Below, in pieces: positions 1-9,961 of a stretch of DNA of 64,000 nucleotides. The DNA lies in contig JAKALT010000001.1 in the NCBI GenBank assembly GCA_021813125.1, positions 23 to 64,022 of the forward strand. The letters are read 5' to 3'. How positions within the stretch are numbered: position 1 is the stretch's first letter; each line of letters begins with the position of its first letter. The notes under the pieces are model-generated. The model had not been told where the DNA came from. It did not search any database and saw only the letters and a list, made by a program, of their open reading frames with translations. The DNA is from a bacterium. GTDB lineage: Bacteria; Patescibacteriota; Microgenomatia; Curtissbacterales; GWA2-41-24. A program made the position numbers and the translations under genes.

Positions 1-2
1 TT

Positions 3-314
<312 letters not shown>

Positions 315-329
315 GAAGCCAAATACTAC

Positions 330-358
330 TCGACACAAAAAGTTATCATTGATATAAT
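330..358 (+). promoter_or_regulatory. Candidate sigma70-type promoter for the str operon (-35 TCGACA, 17-nt spacer, extended -10 TGaTATAAT)
   Basis: Seen directly: tcgaca at 330-335, tataat at 353-358 preceded by tga, located between rpoC stop and rpsL start. Confidence 0.45.
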
Positions 359-383
359 ATCCAAACGAATTTAAAAGGTATTT

Positions 384-851
384 ATGCCAACTATAAACCA
401 ACTGATTCGAAAAGGACGAAGCACAAAACCTAAAAGGATTAGGGCAACTGCAATGCGACGTGCTTTTAATTCTAAATTCAACCGTTATGTAGCGTATCCA
501 TCCAGCCAAAAACGGGGTGTTTGCACTGTGGTAAAAACTATGACCCCTAAAAAGCCTAACTCCGCTCTTCGAAAAGTCGCTCGTGTACGCCTTTCAAATA
601 AGCAGGAGGTTACAGCCTATATACCCGGTATCGGCCATGAACTTGCCGAACACTCAGTCGTACTGGTCAGAGGTGGAAGGGTAAAAGATCTCCCGGGTGT
701 TAAATACCACATTATTCGCGGAAAATACGACACCACAGGTGTTGTTAACCGCAAACAGGGAAGATCTTTATATGGAACTAAAAAATCTGGTGCGGTTTCT
801 GGGGTACAAGCCGCAGCCTCAGTGGGCGCCGGTGCAGTGGGTGGACAATAA
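384..851 (+). CDS. rpsL: 30S ribosomal protein S12 with about 20-aa Gly/Ala/Val-rich C-terminal extension
   Basis: [12 protein letters not shown]...[16 protein letters not shown] is canonical S12. The ORF continues past the usual end into [21 protein letters not shown]. Confidence 0.95.
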   Translation: MPTINQLIRKGRSTKPKRIRATAMRRAFNSKFNRYVAYPSSQKRGVCTVVKTMTPKKPNSALRKVARVRLSNKQEVTAYIPGIGHELAEHSVVLVRGGRVKDLPGVKYHIIRGKYDTTGVVNRKQGRSLYGTKKSGAVSGVQAAASVGAGAVGGQ

Positions 852-881
852 TGAAAAATCAAGGTTGTTCAGCATATAAAT

Positions 882-915
882 ACTTTTCACTTTTCACTTT
901 TCACTTTTCACTTTG
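882..915. repeat. Tandem heptamer repeat (CTTTTCA x about 4.7) in rpsL-rpsG spacer
   Basis: Seen directly: acttttcacttttcacttttcacttttcactttgcg. Confidence 0.9.
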
Positions 916-935
916 CGACCGAAGGGAGCAATAAC

Positions 936-1433
936 ATGCCAAGAACTGGAAAAATTGAAAAACGACTTATACAGCCAGACCCGCTTTACCAAAACCCTAT
1001 GGTTGCCAGGTTAATAAATAAGGTTATGCAAAGCGGAAAAAAATCTGTCGCACAAAAAATTGTCTACGAATCGTTTCAAAACATAAAAGAAAATGGCCAA
1101 GACCCGCTGAAGACTTTTGAAAAAGCGCTTGAAAATGTTATGCCTAAAATGGAAGTAAGGCCCCGCCGCGTTGGTGGTGCTTCTTACATGGTACCCATGG
1201 AAGTAAGGGGCTCCAGACGCCAATCACTTGCCCTTTCCTGGATTGTAGAAGCAGCAAGATCTCAAGCTGCGTCCAGTGTTGTCCAAAAACCAAAAAATAA
1301 ACCGCTTATGATAGTGAAATTAACAGATGAAATCGTAAAAGCAGCAGAGGGAACCGGGAGCGCAGTCGCGAAAAAGGAGGGAATGCATCGCATGGCAGAG
1401 GCCAACAAAGCTTTTGCCCACTTTAGGTGGTAA
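936..1433 (+). CDS. rpsG: 30S ribosomal protein S7
   Basis: MPRTGKIEKRLIQPDPLYQNPMVARLINKVMQSGKKSVAQKIVY... is a typical S7 N-terminus. Position after rpsL. Confidence 0.95.
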   Translation: MPRTGKIEKRLIQPDPLYQNPMVARLINKVMQSGKKSVAQKIVYESFQNIKENGQDPLKTFEKALENVMPKMEVRPRRVGGASYMVPMEVRGSRRQSLALSWIVEAARSQAASSVVQKPKNKPLMIVKLTDEIVKAAEGTGSAVAKKEGMHRMAEANKAFAHFRW

Positions 1434-1535
1434 TCTCCAACCTAAATATTCGTCCATTTCAAGTTCTAGATAATAATTGACTCTTGTGATATGATCCTGC
1501 ATTAGTTTTCAATTTTTTAGTAAAATTTTAAAGAT

Positions 1536-1784
1536 ATGGCTATATCAAAAAATCAAAAATTAAAACAACTTAAAGCGAAGCTTACAGAGCTCGAAGAAGT
1601 AAAGTTAAAACAAGCACTTGCTAAATATGGTGAAGCTTACCAGGAATCAAGTTCGGCTTGGCAGGAAAATGCCGCTTGGGAACTTGCAGACGAGGAAGTT
1701 TCCGTTCTTAGAGCTATGGTTGCCGAAGTAAAAGGTGAAATTAAAAGCTTAGAGCACCAAGTAGAGTCAAAGTCAAAACAATAA
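1536..1784 (+). CDS. Hypothetical small coiled-coil protein (82 aa) inserted between rpsG and fusA
   Basis: ORF with K/E/A/L-rich heptad-like sequence. No recognisable family. Occupies a spacer that is normally short. Confidence 0.45.
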   Translation: MAISKNQKLKQLKAKLTELEEVKLKQALAKYGEAYQESSSAWQENAAWELADEEVSVLRAMVAEVKGEIKSLEHQVESKSKQ

Positions 1785-1847
1785 TTCCCCACAACTATGC
1801 CCAAGAAAGACTCTAATATCAAGATAAATCAGCTAAAGGATTTTTAA

Positions 1848-3989
1848 ATGGCTACTAATACTACAAACAGATTATATCCGCTCGATCGAATCCGAAACAT
1901 CGGTATCATTGCTCATATCGACGCGGGCAAAACGACAACCACGGAAAGAATCCTCTTCTATACCGGTAAATCCTACAAACTCGGTGATATCGACGAAGGT
2001 ACAACTGTTACCGACTGGATGGAGCAGGAAAAAGAAAGGGGAATAACCATAGTTTCCGCAGCCGTCACTGCATTTTGGACCCCAAAGGCGGGTCTAATGA
2101 AAGACATCGAAACCCGCATCAACATCATTGACACTCCCGGACACGTTGATTTTACGGCCGAAGTCGAAAGGTCACTGCGCGTTCTAGACGGTGGAGTAAC
2201 GGTCCTCGACGCCGAAGAAGGCGTCCAGTCACAATCCGAAACCGTTTGGCGTCAGGCAGACAAATACAATGTTCCGAGGATTTGTTTTGTTAACAAAATG
2301 GACAAAATGGGGGCAGATTATTTTGCAACGCTAAAATCTATACGCGAGCGCCTGGGCGCACCGGCGGTTCCATACAACATTCCAATAGGCAGTGAAAATG
2401 ACTTCCGCGGAGTAGTTGATCTTATAACCAAAAAAGCCTTTGTCTGGGAAGCAGACCCAAAGGGTCTTGGTAAGGAATTCAAAGAAGAAGAAATCCCGGA
2501 AAATTTAAAAGATGAGGTCGAAAAGTGGCGCGCCGAACTTGTTGAAAAGATCGCCGAAACGGATGATAGCCTGACGGAAAAATTTCTTGCGGGCGAAGAA
2601 ATAACGGAAGCCGAACTCAAAAGCGCTTTGCGTGCAGCGGTTATCAAATACAAAATCGTGCCGGTGTTGGCAGGTTCATCACTTAGAAACAAAGGTGTCC
2701 AACCGCTCCTGGACGCGGTTGTCGAATATCTTCCCTCCCCGCAGGATATTGAGACAATCGAAGGAACAAATCCTAAAACCGCCGAAAAAGAAGTCCGCAA
2801 GTTGGTAATGGAAGAACCCTTTGCAGGGCTTGCATTTAAAATTCAAATCGATCCCCATGTTGGAAAGCTCACCTACGTCCGTGTTTACTCCGGTACTCTA
2901 AAATCGGGCACGTCAGTTCTAAACACGACCAAACATGACCGCGAAAGGATTGGCAGGATTCTTTTGATGCATGCCAACACGCGCGAAGAAATAACCGAAG
3001 CTTACGCTGGTGAAATTGTGGCGATCGTCGGCCTTAAAGGAACAGGAACAGGGGATACACTTTGTGACGAAGCCCACCCAATTATTCTCGAATCGATTTC
3101 CTTCCCTGAGCCGGTTATATCACTGGCCATTGAACCACAAACAAAAGCGGACCAGGAAAAACTAGGGTATGCACTAGGTCGTCTTAGCGAAGAAGATCCG
3201 ACATTCAGAATCAAAGGTGATCCGGAAACGGGACAAACCATCATCTCCGGGATGGGCGAACTGCATTTGGAAATTTTGGTAGATCGCCTGAAGCGTGAAT
3301 TTTCCGTCGGCGCCAATGTCGGCTCCCCACAGGTTGCCTACCGCGAAACCATTAAAGAGACCGCAACTGGTGAAGGTAAATATATCCGTCAATCAGGTGG
3401 CCGTGGTCAGTACGGCCATTGTTTCCTTAGAGTTGAGCCAAAACCAAGGGGTGAAGGTTACGAATATAAATCCGAAGTTAAAGGTGGCGCTATTCCGCAG
3501 GAATATATCCCGTCTATCGAAAAAGGTGTACGCGAAAAAATGGAAATGGGTGTCCTTGCAGGATATCCTTTGGTCGATATGAAAGTCATTGTCTACGACG
3601 GAACCTACCACGATGTAGATTCTTCCGATATTGCTTTCAAAATCGCAGGATCTATGGCACTGGAAGAAGCAGCTAAACACGCCAAACTAGTTTTACTGGA
3701 ACCTATAATGAAAGTGGAAGTTACTGTCCCCGAAGAATTTATGGGCGATGTAATCGGAGATTTATCAAGTAAACGTGCTCAGATCCACGGTTCGGATCAT
3801 CACGGCAATTCCGTTATCATCAACGCACTTGTCCCCTTGGCTGAAATGTCAGGCTACGTCACAACTTTAAGGTCCATGACGCAAGGCCGCGGTTCCGCTT
3901 ACATGGAACCATCCCACTACGACGAAGTCCCCACCAATATCTCCGACAAGATAGTTGCAAAAAACAAGGGCGAGAAAAAAGAAAGCTAG
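1848..3989 (+). CDS. fusA: Translation elongation factor G
   Basis: 713 aa. G-domain motifs [21 protein letters not shown]. Full EF-G domain layout. Confidence 0.97.
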   Translation: MATNTTNRLYPLDRIRNIGIIAHIDAGKTTTTERILFYTGKSYKLGDIDEGTTVTDWMEQEKERGITIVSAAVTAFWTPKAGLMKDIETRINIIDTPGHVDFTAEVERSLRVLDGGVTVLDAEEGVQSQSETVWRQADKYNVPRICFVNKMDKMGADYFATLKSIRERLGAPAVPYNIPIGSENDFRGVVDLITKKAFVWEADPKGLGKEFKEEEIPENLKDEVEKWRAELVEKIAETDDSLTEKFLAGEEITEAELKSALRAAVIKYKIVPVLAGSSLRNKGVQPLLDAVVEYLPSPQDIETIEGTNPKTAEKEVRKLVMEEPFAGLAFKIQIDPHVGKLTYVRVYSGTLKSGTSVLNTTKHDRERIGRILLMHANTREEITEAYAGEIVAIVGLKGTGTGDTLCDEAHPIILESISFPEPVISLAIEPQTKADQEKLGYALGRLSEEDPTFRIKGDPETGQTIISGMGELHLEILVDRLKREFSVGANVGSPQVAYRETIKETATGEGKYIRQSGGRGQYGHCFLRVEPKPRGEGYEYKSEVKGGAIPQEYIPSIEKGVREKMEMGVLAGYPLVDMKVIVYDGTYHDVDSSDIAFKIAGSMALEEAAKHAKLVLLEPIMKVEVTVPEEFMGDVIGDLSSKRAQIHGSDHHGNSVIINALVPLAEMSGYVTTLRSMTQGRGSAYMEPSHYDEVPTNISDKIVAKNKGEKKES

Positions 3990-4036
3990 CCCTATAGTTT
4001 GACATTCACCTATAAAAAGTATAAAATTCATTCCTT

Positions 4037-4354
4037 ATGAATCGGGAAAATGATTATCTTGGAGGTTTACTCAGACATTATGTTTCTGGTCGCCAAGGAG
4101 ATGAAGATTACTTAAGACCACAAATTGATCTTTTTGATGGAGAAATCCAAGGTTTTCAAGTTGGAGATCGTATTAGATTTTCTGATGAAGCCTATGAACA
4201 GTTTAGAGGCAAGGAAGCAAGGGTTGCAGGCTTCGACAGCGATTTCAATATCTGGACCCAAATGGACGGTGAAAGTGGCTATAGTAGGACACCAAGAGAG
4301 TTTGCCCATAGAGCATTTACATTAGTCAGACGTGAGGAAGTGTCTGACAAGTAA
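4037..4354 (+). CDS. Hypothetical protein (105 aa), part of the segment inserted after fusA
   Basis: ORF only. Acidic protein with no recognised motifs. Lies inside the region bracketed by the fusA 3' direct repeats. Confidence 0.4.
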   Translation: MNRENDYLGGLLRHYVSGRQGDEDYLRPQIDLFDGEIQGFQVGDRIRFSDEAYEQFRGKEARVAGFDSDFNIWTQMDGESGYSRTPREFAHRAFTLVRREEVSDK

Positions 4355-4401
4355 TTTCTGCTAAAATCTTCTTGTGAAACTACTTTTAACTTCAAACGGT
4401 C

Positions 4402-4671
4402 TTATTTGCCGTAAACTTGATTATGCGTTCCGATATCTACAAAATAGGCGATATTTTTATGAATATAGTAAACAACCCTAATGTCTCCGGTTACGGAAAA
4501 AGCGTGTTTTCCTAACATTTTCTTGCCAAGCGCATGATTTTTAAGAATCGGGTCATTTTCATTTACAACGAATAATCTTAACTTTTCTTCAAACCTTAGC
4601 TTTACATTTGGCTTGTTTGAAAAACGTTTTTTGTAAATTTTGACAAATTCATGAGTAAACTCTACCTTCAT
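4402..4671 (-). CDS. Type II toxin, RelE/ParE superfamily, YafQ-like mRNA interferase
   Basis: 89 aa. ...LKNHALGKKMLGKHAFSVTGDIRVVYYI...FVDIGTHNQVY resembles YafQ/RelE (HPLxGxWKGxRxxHVxPDWxLIYxx...RTGTHxxLF). Overlaps the upstream antitoxin ORF by 4 nt. Confidence 0.7.
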   Translation of the reverse strand: MKVEFTHEFVKIYKKRFSNKPNVKLRFEEKLRLFVVNENDPILKNHALGKKMLGKHAFSVTGDIRVVYYIHKNIAYFVDIGTHNQVYGK

Positions 4672-4964
4672 GAACGAAGCAGAGTAAGAAGCTCATCTAC
4701 GTTTTTGGTTTTTGTAACATTTTTGCCGGCTTTTATATCGCTGACCGCGCGCTTAAACTTTGCTTCTGCCGCGGGAGAAAGATGATGAATTTCCTCAACA
4801 GGTTCAATTGTCATTGCCAGCTCGTTTTTGGAAAGCTTTGTAAGAAGTACCCGAATTGCTTCCTGCAGCGAAGAAAAACCCATCTCGGAAGAAGCGCTTT
4901 GCGCATTAATTTTTAATTCACGGCTCATTGGAACTTGTAAAATTACTCTTTGCATACAATACAA
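4668..4964 (-). CDS. Type II antitoxin, DinJ/RelB family (start codon uncertain: Met1, Met4 or Met13)
   Basis: ...MSRELKINAQSASSEMGFSSLQEAIRVLLTKL...EPVEEI...SPAAEAKFKRAVSDIKAGKNVTKTKNVDELLTLL parallels E. coli DinJ (RIDEDLKNQAADVLAGMGLTISDLVRITLTKVAREKALPFDL...KAKDADDLFDKL). 4-nt overlap with the toxin. Confidence 0.65.
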   Translation of the reverse strand: MYCMQRVILQVPMSRELKINAQSASSEMGFSSLQEAIRVLLTKLSKNELAMTIEPVEEIHHLSPAAEAKFKRAVSDIKAGKNVTKTKNVDELLTLLRS

Positions 4965-4997
4965 TTATATAGTTTTTGTATGTTTATGTCAACTACC

Positions 4998-5087
4998 TAC
5001 ATGGAACCATCCCATTACGACGAAGTCCCAACAAATATCTCCGACAAAATCGTCGCCAAAAACAAGGGCGAGAAAAAAGAAAGTTAA
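4998..5087 (+). pseudogene. Duplicated 3' fragment of fusA (90 bp, about 90% identical to 3900..3989 including a stop codon)
   Basis: Seen directly: tacatggaaccatccca(t)tacgacgaagtccc...aaaaacaagggcgagaaaaaagaaag(t)ta(a) repeats the fusA terminus. In-frame translation [29 protein letters not shown]. Confidence 0.9.
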
Positions 5088-5135
5088 TTTCTTCTTATAA
5101 ATTTATCTCCAAATATTTTGCTATACTGAAATTAA

Positions 5136-5918
5136 GTGAAAAAAGGTTTTACACCGATTTTTATTTTAATTTCGGCAGGCGTGCTAATCATAGCTACAGC
5201 ATTCATTTTTTTTGCAAAGGTAACTGCTCAAAAGGCTACAACTCTTTCTATACCACCAAAACAGTCAATTAACTCAAGAACAAATAGCTCACCCTCAGCG
5301 ACTATTGCTTTAAAAACACCAATCACGTCTAGTCCAACTCCAACAGATGATCCAAACAACTTTGGTAAGCTTGTCAATAATTATACGAAACAATTTAATG
5401 CAAACGATGTTGGAATAAATTCATCACTACTTTCCGGAAAGCAAGTTTCATATTTGATTTCTCGATTCCATCAAAAAGAAATAACCGAAAAGAAAATTAT
5501 AATTAGTGATACCCCATCTTATGAAGCTGTAGAAGTATGGGAATTCCCGAAAAGTTCGAATCAAACTACCTCTAATCCTGATTATGCTATTTTTTCGGGC
5601 TATGAAAATTATGCCGGTTGGCCAACCTACTTAAAGGATATTGAGTCAGGTTGGAAAGAATTCTATACCAATTCCAATTCAATCAAATTTGGATTTTCTT
5701 ATGATGGTGGTCCCCATTATCTTCAAAACGTAATCCTAGAATCATTTCAAAACTCTTCTGTAAATGGAAATCCAATATTTATCAGGCTATATATGAACAC
5801 TTCTTCAATGGTCTTTACAGATAATTTAAATTGGGAAGATATAATTAACAAACCAGCCATATTAGAAGCAAAAGATAAAATAAAACAACTTGCAGATACC
5901 ATTTCCCTCGTAAAGTAA
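5136..5918 (+). CDS. Hypothetical membrane-anchored/secreted protein (N-terminal TM helix, Ser/Thr/Pro-rich linker)
   Basis: 260 aa. Hydrophobic N-terminus FTPIFILISAGVLIIATAFIFFA followed by SSPTPTDDP linker. No recognisable family. Confidence 0.55.
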   Translation: MKKGFTPIFILISAGVLIIATAFIFFAKVTAQKATTLSIPPKQSINSRTNSSPSATIALKTPITSSPTPTDDPNNFGKLVNNYTKQFNANDVGINSSLLSGKQVSYLISRFHQKEITEKKIIISDTPSYEAVEVWEFPKSSNQTTSNPDYAIFSGYENYAGWPTYLKDIESGWKEFYTNSNSIKFGFSYDGGPHYLQNVILESFQNSSVNGNPIFIRLYMNTSSMVFTDNLNWEDIINKPAILEAKDKIKQLADTISLVK

Positions 5919-5965
5919 ACCATACTTTCCATATCGTCACGAAAAATGTTTTTTACTTTTGGGGC

Positions 5966-5994
5966 TTGCATTTTGGCAAATTTTTATTTAAACT
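5966..5994 (+). promoter_or_regulatory. Candidate promoter upstream of tuf (-35 TTGCAT, 17 nt, -10 TAAACT)
   Basis: Seen directly in the 130-bp spacer before tuf. Confidence 0.3.
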
Positions 5995-6049
5995 ATCCAA
6001 ACTGGTCAGCCTTGATGGGCTGATTGTGCTTTTATAACCAAAAAATATC

Positions 6050-7234
6050 ATGGCAACAGGAAAATACGAAAGAAGTAAACCGCACGTAAATATAGGGACA
6101 ATTGGCCACGTCGATCACGGCAAGACAACATTGACCGCGGCAATAACATCGGTCCTTTCCAAAAAAGGTTTGGCGGAAGCAAAAGCTTTCGACCAGATTG
6201 ACAACGCTCCCGAAGAGAAGCAACGCGGAATTACAATCAACATTACCCACGTCGAGTACGAAACCGAAAAGCGTCACTATGCCCACATTGACGCTCCGGG
6301 CCACGCAGACTACATCAAAAACATGATAACAGGCGCCGCTCAAATGGACGGCGCAATTCTTGTGGTTTCAGCTCCCGACGGCCCAATGCCTCAGACCCGC
6401 GAACACGTTCTTTTAGCTCGCCAGGTAAATGTGCCGGCAATTGTCGTTTTCCTCAACAAGTGCGACATGGTTCAGGATGCCGAACTTTTGGATCTGGTTG
6501 AACTTGAAGTCCGTGAACTTCTGGACAAATACGAATACGACGGCAAAAACGCAACCATCATTCGTGGCTCAGCTAAAAAAGCACTCGAAGGTGATGCCGA
6601 TTCCGTCAAAGCCATCGAAGATCTCATGGCCGCGGTCGACGAAAAAATCCCAACCCCCGTTCGCGATCTGGACAAACCATTTTTGATGCCTGTCGAAGAC
6701 GTTTTCTCGATTAAAGGTCGGGGAACTGTTGTCACCGGCAGAGTCGAGCGTGGAGTCGTTAAAGTAAACGACGAAATTGAAATCGTAGGAATCCGCCCGA
6801 CCAAAAAAACAGTTGTCACAGGAGTTGAAATGTTCCGAAAGGAACTCGACCAGGGCCAGGCCGGCGACAATATTGGAGTATTGCTGCGTGGTATCGAAAA
6901 AGACGATGTAGAACGCGGACAGGTTTTGGCAAAAACTGGTAGCGCAACTCCCCACACCGAATTTGAAGCCGAAGTTTATATTTTAACCAAAGAAGAAGGT
7001 GGTCGGCACACTCCATTTTTCACCGGTTACCGACCGCAGTTTTACATCCGAACAACCGATGTTACAGGGGAAGCCACGTTGCCGGAAGGCACCGAAATGG
7101 TAATGCCCGGTGACAATATTAAAATGAAGGTTAAGCTCATTGTCCCCGTTGCACTCGAAGAAGGCCTTAGGTTTGCCATCCGTGAGGGTGGTCATACTGT
7201 AGGCGCCGGAGTAGTTTCCAAAGTAGTTGCCTAA
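6050..7234 (+). CDS. tuf: Translation elongation factor Tu
   Basis: 394 aa. [27 protein letters not shown] motifs. Confidence 0.98.
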   Translation: MATGKYERSKPHVNIGTIGHVDHGKTTLTAAITSVLSKKGLAEAKAFDQIDNAPEEKQRGITINITHVEYETEKRHYAHIDAPGHADYIKNMITGAAQMDGAILVVSAPDGPMPQTREHVLLARQVNVPAIVVFLNKCDMVQDAELLDLVELEVRELLDKYEYDGKNATIIRGSAKKALEGDADSVKAIEDLMAAVDEKIPTPVRDLDKPFLMPVEDVFSIKGRGTVVTGRVERGVVKVNDEIEIVGIRPTKKTVVTGVEMFRKELDQGQAGDNIGVLLRGIEKDDVERGQVLAKTGSATPHTEFEAEVYILTKEEGGRHTPFFTGYRPQFYIRTTDVTGEATLPEGTEMVMPGDNIKMKVKLIVPVALEEGLRFAIREGGHTVGAGVVSKVVA

Positions 7235-7240
7235 AGCAAA

Positions 7241-7266
7241 AGCCCGTCAAAAGCGGGTTTTTTACT
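7241..7266 (+). terminator. Rho-independent terminator candidate after tuf
   Basis: agcccgtcaaaagcgggtttttta: short GC stem followed by T-run directly after the tuf stop. Confidence 0.5.
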
Positions 7267-7358
7267 TTTCCGGAAGCAATTTTTATTATGATTATTGTTA
7301 GATTCGGTCAAGAACCACAAACCTCATAATATTTGCTTCTCAGGCACAAACTTTGCTA

Positions 7359-7381
7359 TAATTTTGCGTTTAGCAAAATTA
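7359..7381 (+). promoter_or_regulatory. Perfect 9-bp hairpin in the S10 operon leader (taattttgc-gttta-gcaaaatta)
   Basis: Seen directly. A second small hairpin (acccg-taaattttt-cgggt) follows. Position is analogous to L4-regulated S10 leader structures (inference). Confidence 0.35.
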
Positions 7382-7450
7382 GCTAAGCACTAGCGAAACT
7401 TAATTTACCACCCGTAAATTTTTCGGGTAGCACTTTAAAAGGTAATAATC

Positions 7451-7759
7451 ATGCCTAAAGGAAGAATACGAGTCAAGTTAAAAGCTTACGATGGTCGAGT
7501 AATCGATGCGGCTTGTCGTGACATCATCAACACTGCCCTGTCAACCGGGGCTAAAATCTCTGGTCCCATCCCGCTTCCCACAAAAATCGAAAAGTATATT
7601 GTCTTAACAAGCCCCCACACAGACAAAAATGCCAGAGAACAGTTTGAAATGCGAACTCACAAAAGATTAATCGACATAATCGAACCTACCAACAAAACAA
7701 TTGACTCTCTAACTCATTTAGACTTACCGGCAGGCGTGAATATCGAACTCAAGATGTAG
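7451..7759 (+). CDS. rpsJ: 30S ribosomal protein S10
   Basis: [26 protein letters not shown]... canonical S10. Confidence 0.95.
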   Translation: MPKGRIRVKLKAYDGRVIDAACRDIINTALSTGAKISGPIPLPTKIEKYIVLTSPHTDKNAREQFEMRTHKRLIDIIEPTNKTIDSLTHLDLPAGVNIELKM

Positions 7760-7765
7760 GTAAAA

Positions 7766-7846
7766 AATTCGAAGCACGAAACCCGAAATCCGAAACAAAA
7801 TGCTAATTTTCGAATTTCGAATTTAGGATTTCGAATTTCAAATTTG
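7766..7846. repeat. Cluster of palindromic TTCGAATTT / CGAAA(T/C)C repeats forming a long imperfect inverted repeat in the rpsJ-rplC spacer
   Basis: Seen directly: ...cgaaacccgaaatccgaaac...ttttcgaatttcgaatttaggatttcgaatttc... An additional perfect hairpin aatcga-cacaaga-tcgatt lies at 7870..7887. Confidence 0.7.
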
Positions 7847-7996
7847 GGGGTTGTGGTTAAAAATTAAATAATCGACACAAGATCGATTAACGAAAAACAG
7901 AATAACGTTAATCGGTGGGACACCTGAAACCCTGATTTGCCTAACCGCGACAGTTTAATTTAAGGAGTCCTACCTTTTTGCTGTAAAAAAGGAAAA

Positions 7997-8773
7997 ATGA
8001 TAAATAGTTTGCTTGGTACAAAACAAAATATGACCGTAAGGTTTACAAAGCAAGGCGCGAGAGTTGCCGTAACTAATGTGATGGTCGAACCTAATGTAGT
8101 TTTAAATATTGTAGAAGGCAAGACCGTACTTGGTGTTGGCCAAAGGAAAAAAATCAAAAAAACAGATGGCATGTATGTTAAGGCAGCAGGTATTATGCCG
8201 CGATTTATAAAAGAGATAAAATCCGAAAAATCGGAAAATATCAAATCCGGAGACAAAATAACTGTCTCCGTTTTTGAACCAGGTGACGAAATTAAGGTAA
8301 CGGGTACTACCAAAGGGAAAGGGTTTGCAGGCGGAGTCAAAAGATGGGGATTTCGTGGTGGTCCAAAAACTCACGGCCAGTCCGACAGGCATCGCGCCCC
8401 AGGATCAATCGGGGCAGGTACCACTCCTGGCCGTGTTTATAAGGGTAAACATATGGCAGGCCATATGGGTGCTTCGCAAATCACCGTTACCGGGTTGGAA
8501 GTTATAGATGTTGATTCCACAAACAACATTTTAACTGTAAAAGGTGCAATTCCCGGCGCCAAAAACGGTTTTTTGGTAATTGAAAAAACCGGGAAAGTAA
8601 AAGGCTATACACCACCTCCCCCCCCAAACGAAGAAAAAGCTGCCGAAAAAGAAGAACAAGCAGAAGAAGAAGCAAAAGCAGCAAAGGCTGAAGCGTCTGA
8701 AAATCAAACCGAAGTTGTAGAGCAGGAGTCTCAGCCTCAGACTGAATCAGAAGGAGGGGAAAATGCCGGCTAA
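7997..8773 (+). CDS. rplC: 50S ribosomal protein L3 with acidic low-complexity C-terminal tail
   Basis: L3 core. Ends PPPPPNEEKAAEKEEQAEEEAKAAKAEASENQTEVVEQE... Confidence 0.93.
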   Translation: MINSLLGTKQNMTVRFTKQGARVAVTNVMVEPNVVLNIVEGKTVLGVGQRKKIKKTDGMYVKAAGIMPRFIKEIKSEKSENIKSGDKITVSVFEPGDEIKVTGTTKGKGFAGGVKRWGFRGGPKTHGQSDRHRAPGSIGAGTTPGRVYKGKHMAGHMGASQITVTGLEVIDVDSTNNILTVKGAIPGAKNGFLVIEKTGKVKGYTPPPPPNEEKAAEKEEQAEEEAKAAKAEASENQTEVVEQESQPQTESEGGENAG

Positions 8774-9539
8774 AAACTCAAAACCCAAAACTCAAAACGC
8801 AAAAGCTATAAAGTCCCAGCCGAAAGCTGGCCGTCCTCTGGACGAAAAAATCACAAAAGCCAAAAAAGAGGTTAAGAGTAAAAGAGTAATAGAGTCAAAA
8901 TCCCCAAACTCCAAAGGAAAAACCGCAGGTCTTTCAGCACCGCTTTTTGATATTGCAGGCAAAAGCCAGGGAACGATTAATCTTCCCAAAGAAATATTTG
9001 GCCAAAAACCTAACAAAAAACTTTTGGCTCAGGCACTCCGTGTTTATTTCGTAAATCAAACCTCACATTTTGCAAACACCAAAACAAGATCAGAAACACG
9101 CGGCGGAGGCAAAAAACCATGGCGTCAAAAAGGCACAGGAAACGCAAGAGCCGGTTCCAAAAGGTCGCCACTTTGGGTAGGCGGCGCGGTCGCTCTTGGG
9201 CCAAAACCCAGAAAAACCATATTAACCCTCCCCAAGAAAATGAAAAAGAAAGCACTAGTTTCCAGCCTTTCCCAAAAAGCATCAGAAGGCGCAATTAGTG
9301 TTGTTTCAAATTTCGAATCCATTAAGCCCAAAACTAAAGTTGTTGCAAATCTGCTTTTAAAATCAAATGCAAGCGGCTCAACACTTTTAGTGACTTCGCA
9401 AAATTCCCAAAGCATCAAGCTTGCTTCAAGAAATATTTCTAATGTTTCAGTTGATGAAGTAAGAAACCTGAACCCTTATTTAGTTTACAAAAGTAGAACA
9501 ATTATTTTTTCAAAGGAAGCAATAGGAAAACTATCATGA
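8763..9539 (+). CDS. rplD: 50S ribosomal protein L4/L1e with about 55-aa Lys-rich N-terminal extension (start uncertain)
   Basis: Canonical L4 start LSAPLFDIAGKSQGTINLPKEIFG appears about 57 aa into the ORF. 11-nt overlap with rplC. Confidence 0.9.
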   Translation: MPAKNSKPKTQNAKAIKSQPKAGRPLDEKITKAKKEVKSKRVIESKSPNSKGKTAGLSAPLFDIAGKSQGTINLPKEIFGQKPNKKLLAQALRVYFVNQTSHFANTKTRSETRGGGKKPWRQKGTGNARAGSKRSPLWVGGAVALGPKPRKTILTLPKKMKKKALVSSLSQKASEGAISVVSNFESIKPKTKVVANLLLKSNASGSTLLVTSQNSQSIKLASRNISNVSVDEVRNLNPYLVYKSRTIIFSKEAIGKLS

Positions 9540-9958
9540 TAAGAACATTCGTTATAAAAGAGGCAGTTCTCTCCGAAAAAGCACATCAACAGATGGCACG
9601 GGGAATTTACACTTTTCGCGTGGATAACAGGTCCACTAAAAAAGAAATAGCAAGCGCCATCAAAAAGCAGTTTGCTGTTGATGTTGTAAGCGTCAACATT
9701 ATTGCTCAATCGCCCAAAAAAAGGAGAATTACTGGCACACGCAGGGAAGTTGAAATAACCGGAGCAAAAAAAGCAATTATTAAGGTAAAACCTGGCCAAA
9801 CTATTGCAATGCTTTCGCCAAAGGCGGAGGGAAAGAAAGAGTCAAAGAGACAAAAAGCCAAAGAGATTAAGAAGCCGGAAGAAAAATCAGCAGCCATAAA
9901 TAAAGGTTTGCTATCAAAAATCAGAGGAAATAAATCAACAAAAGAAAAGGGTAACTAA
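9536..9958 (+). CDS. rplW: 50S ribosomal protein L23 with K-rich C-terminal extension
   Basis: L23 core (KAHQQMARGIYTFRVDNRSTKKEI...) plus about 45-aa basic tail. Confidence 0.9.
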   Translation: MIRTFVIKEAVLSEKAHQQMARGIYTFRVDNRSTKKEIASAIKKQFAVDVVSVNIIAQSPKKRRITGTRREVEITGAKKAIIKVKPGQTIAMLSPKAEGKKESKRQKAKEIKKPEEKSAAINKGLLSKIRGNKSTKEKGN

Positions 9959-9961
9959 TTC

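Noticed and set aside
4976-5272. 98-aa plus-strand ORF
   Set aside because: Its 5' part is an out-of-frame read-through of the duplicated fusA 3' fragment, and it overlaps the better-supported 5136..5918 gene.
6472-6957. 161-aa and 128-aa minus-strand ORFs
   Set aside because: Antisense to tuf. This is the typical spurious long antisense ORF in a highly expressed GC-skewed gene.
7766-7846. CRISPR array
   Set aside because: The repeats are about 9 nt palindromic units without unique spacers. No cas genes anywhere in the window.
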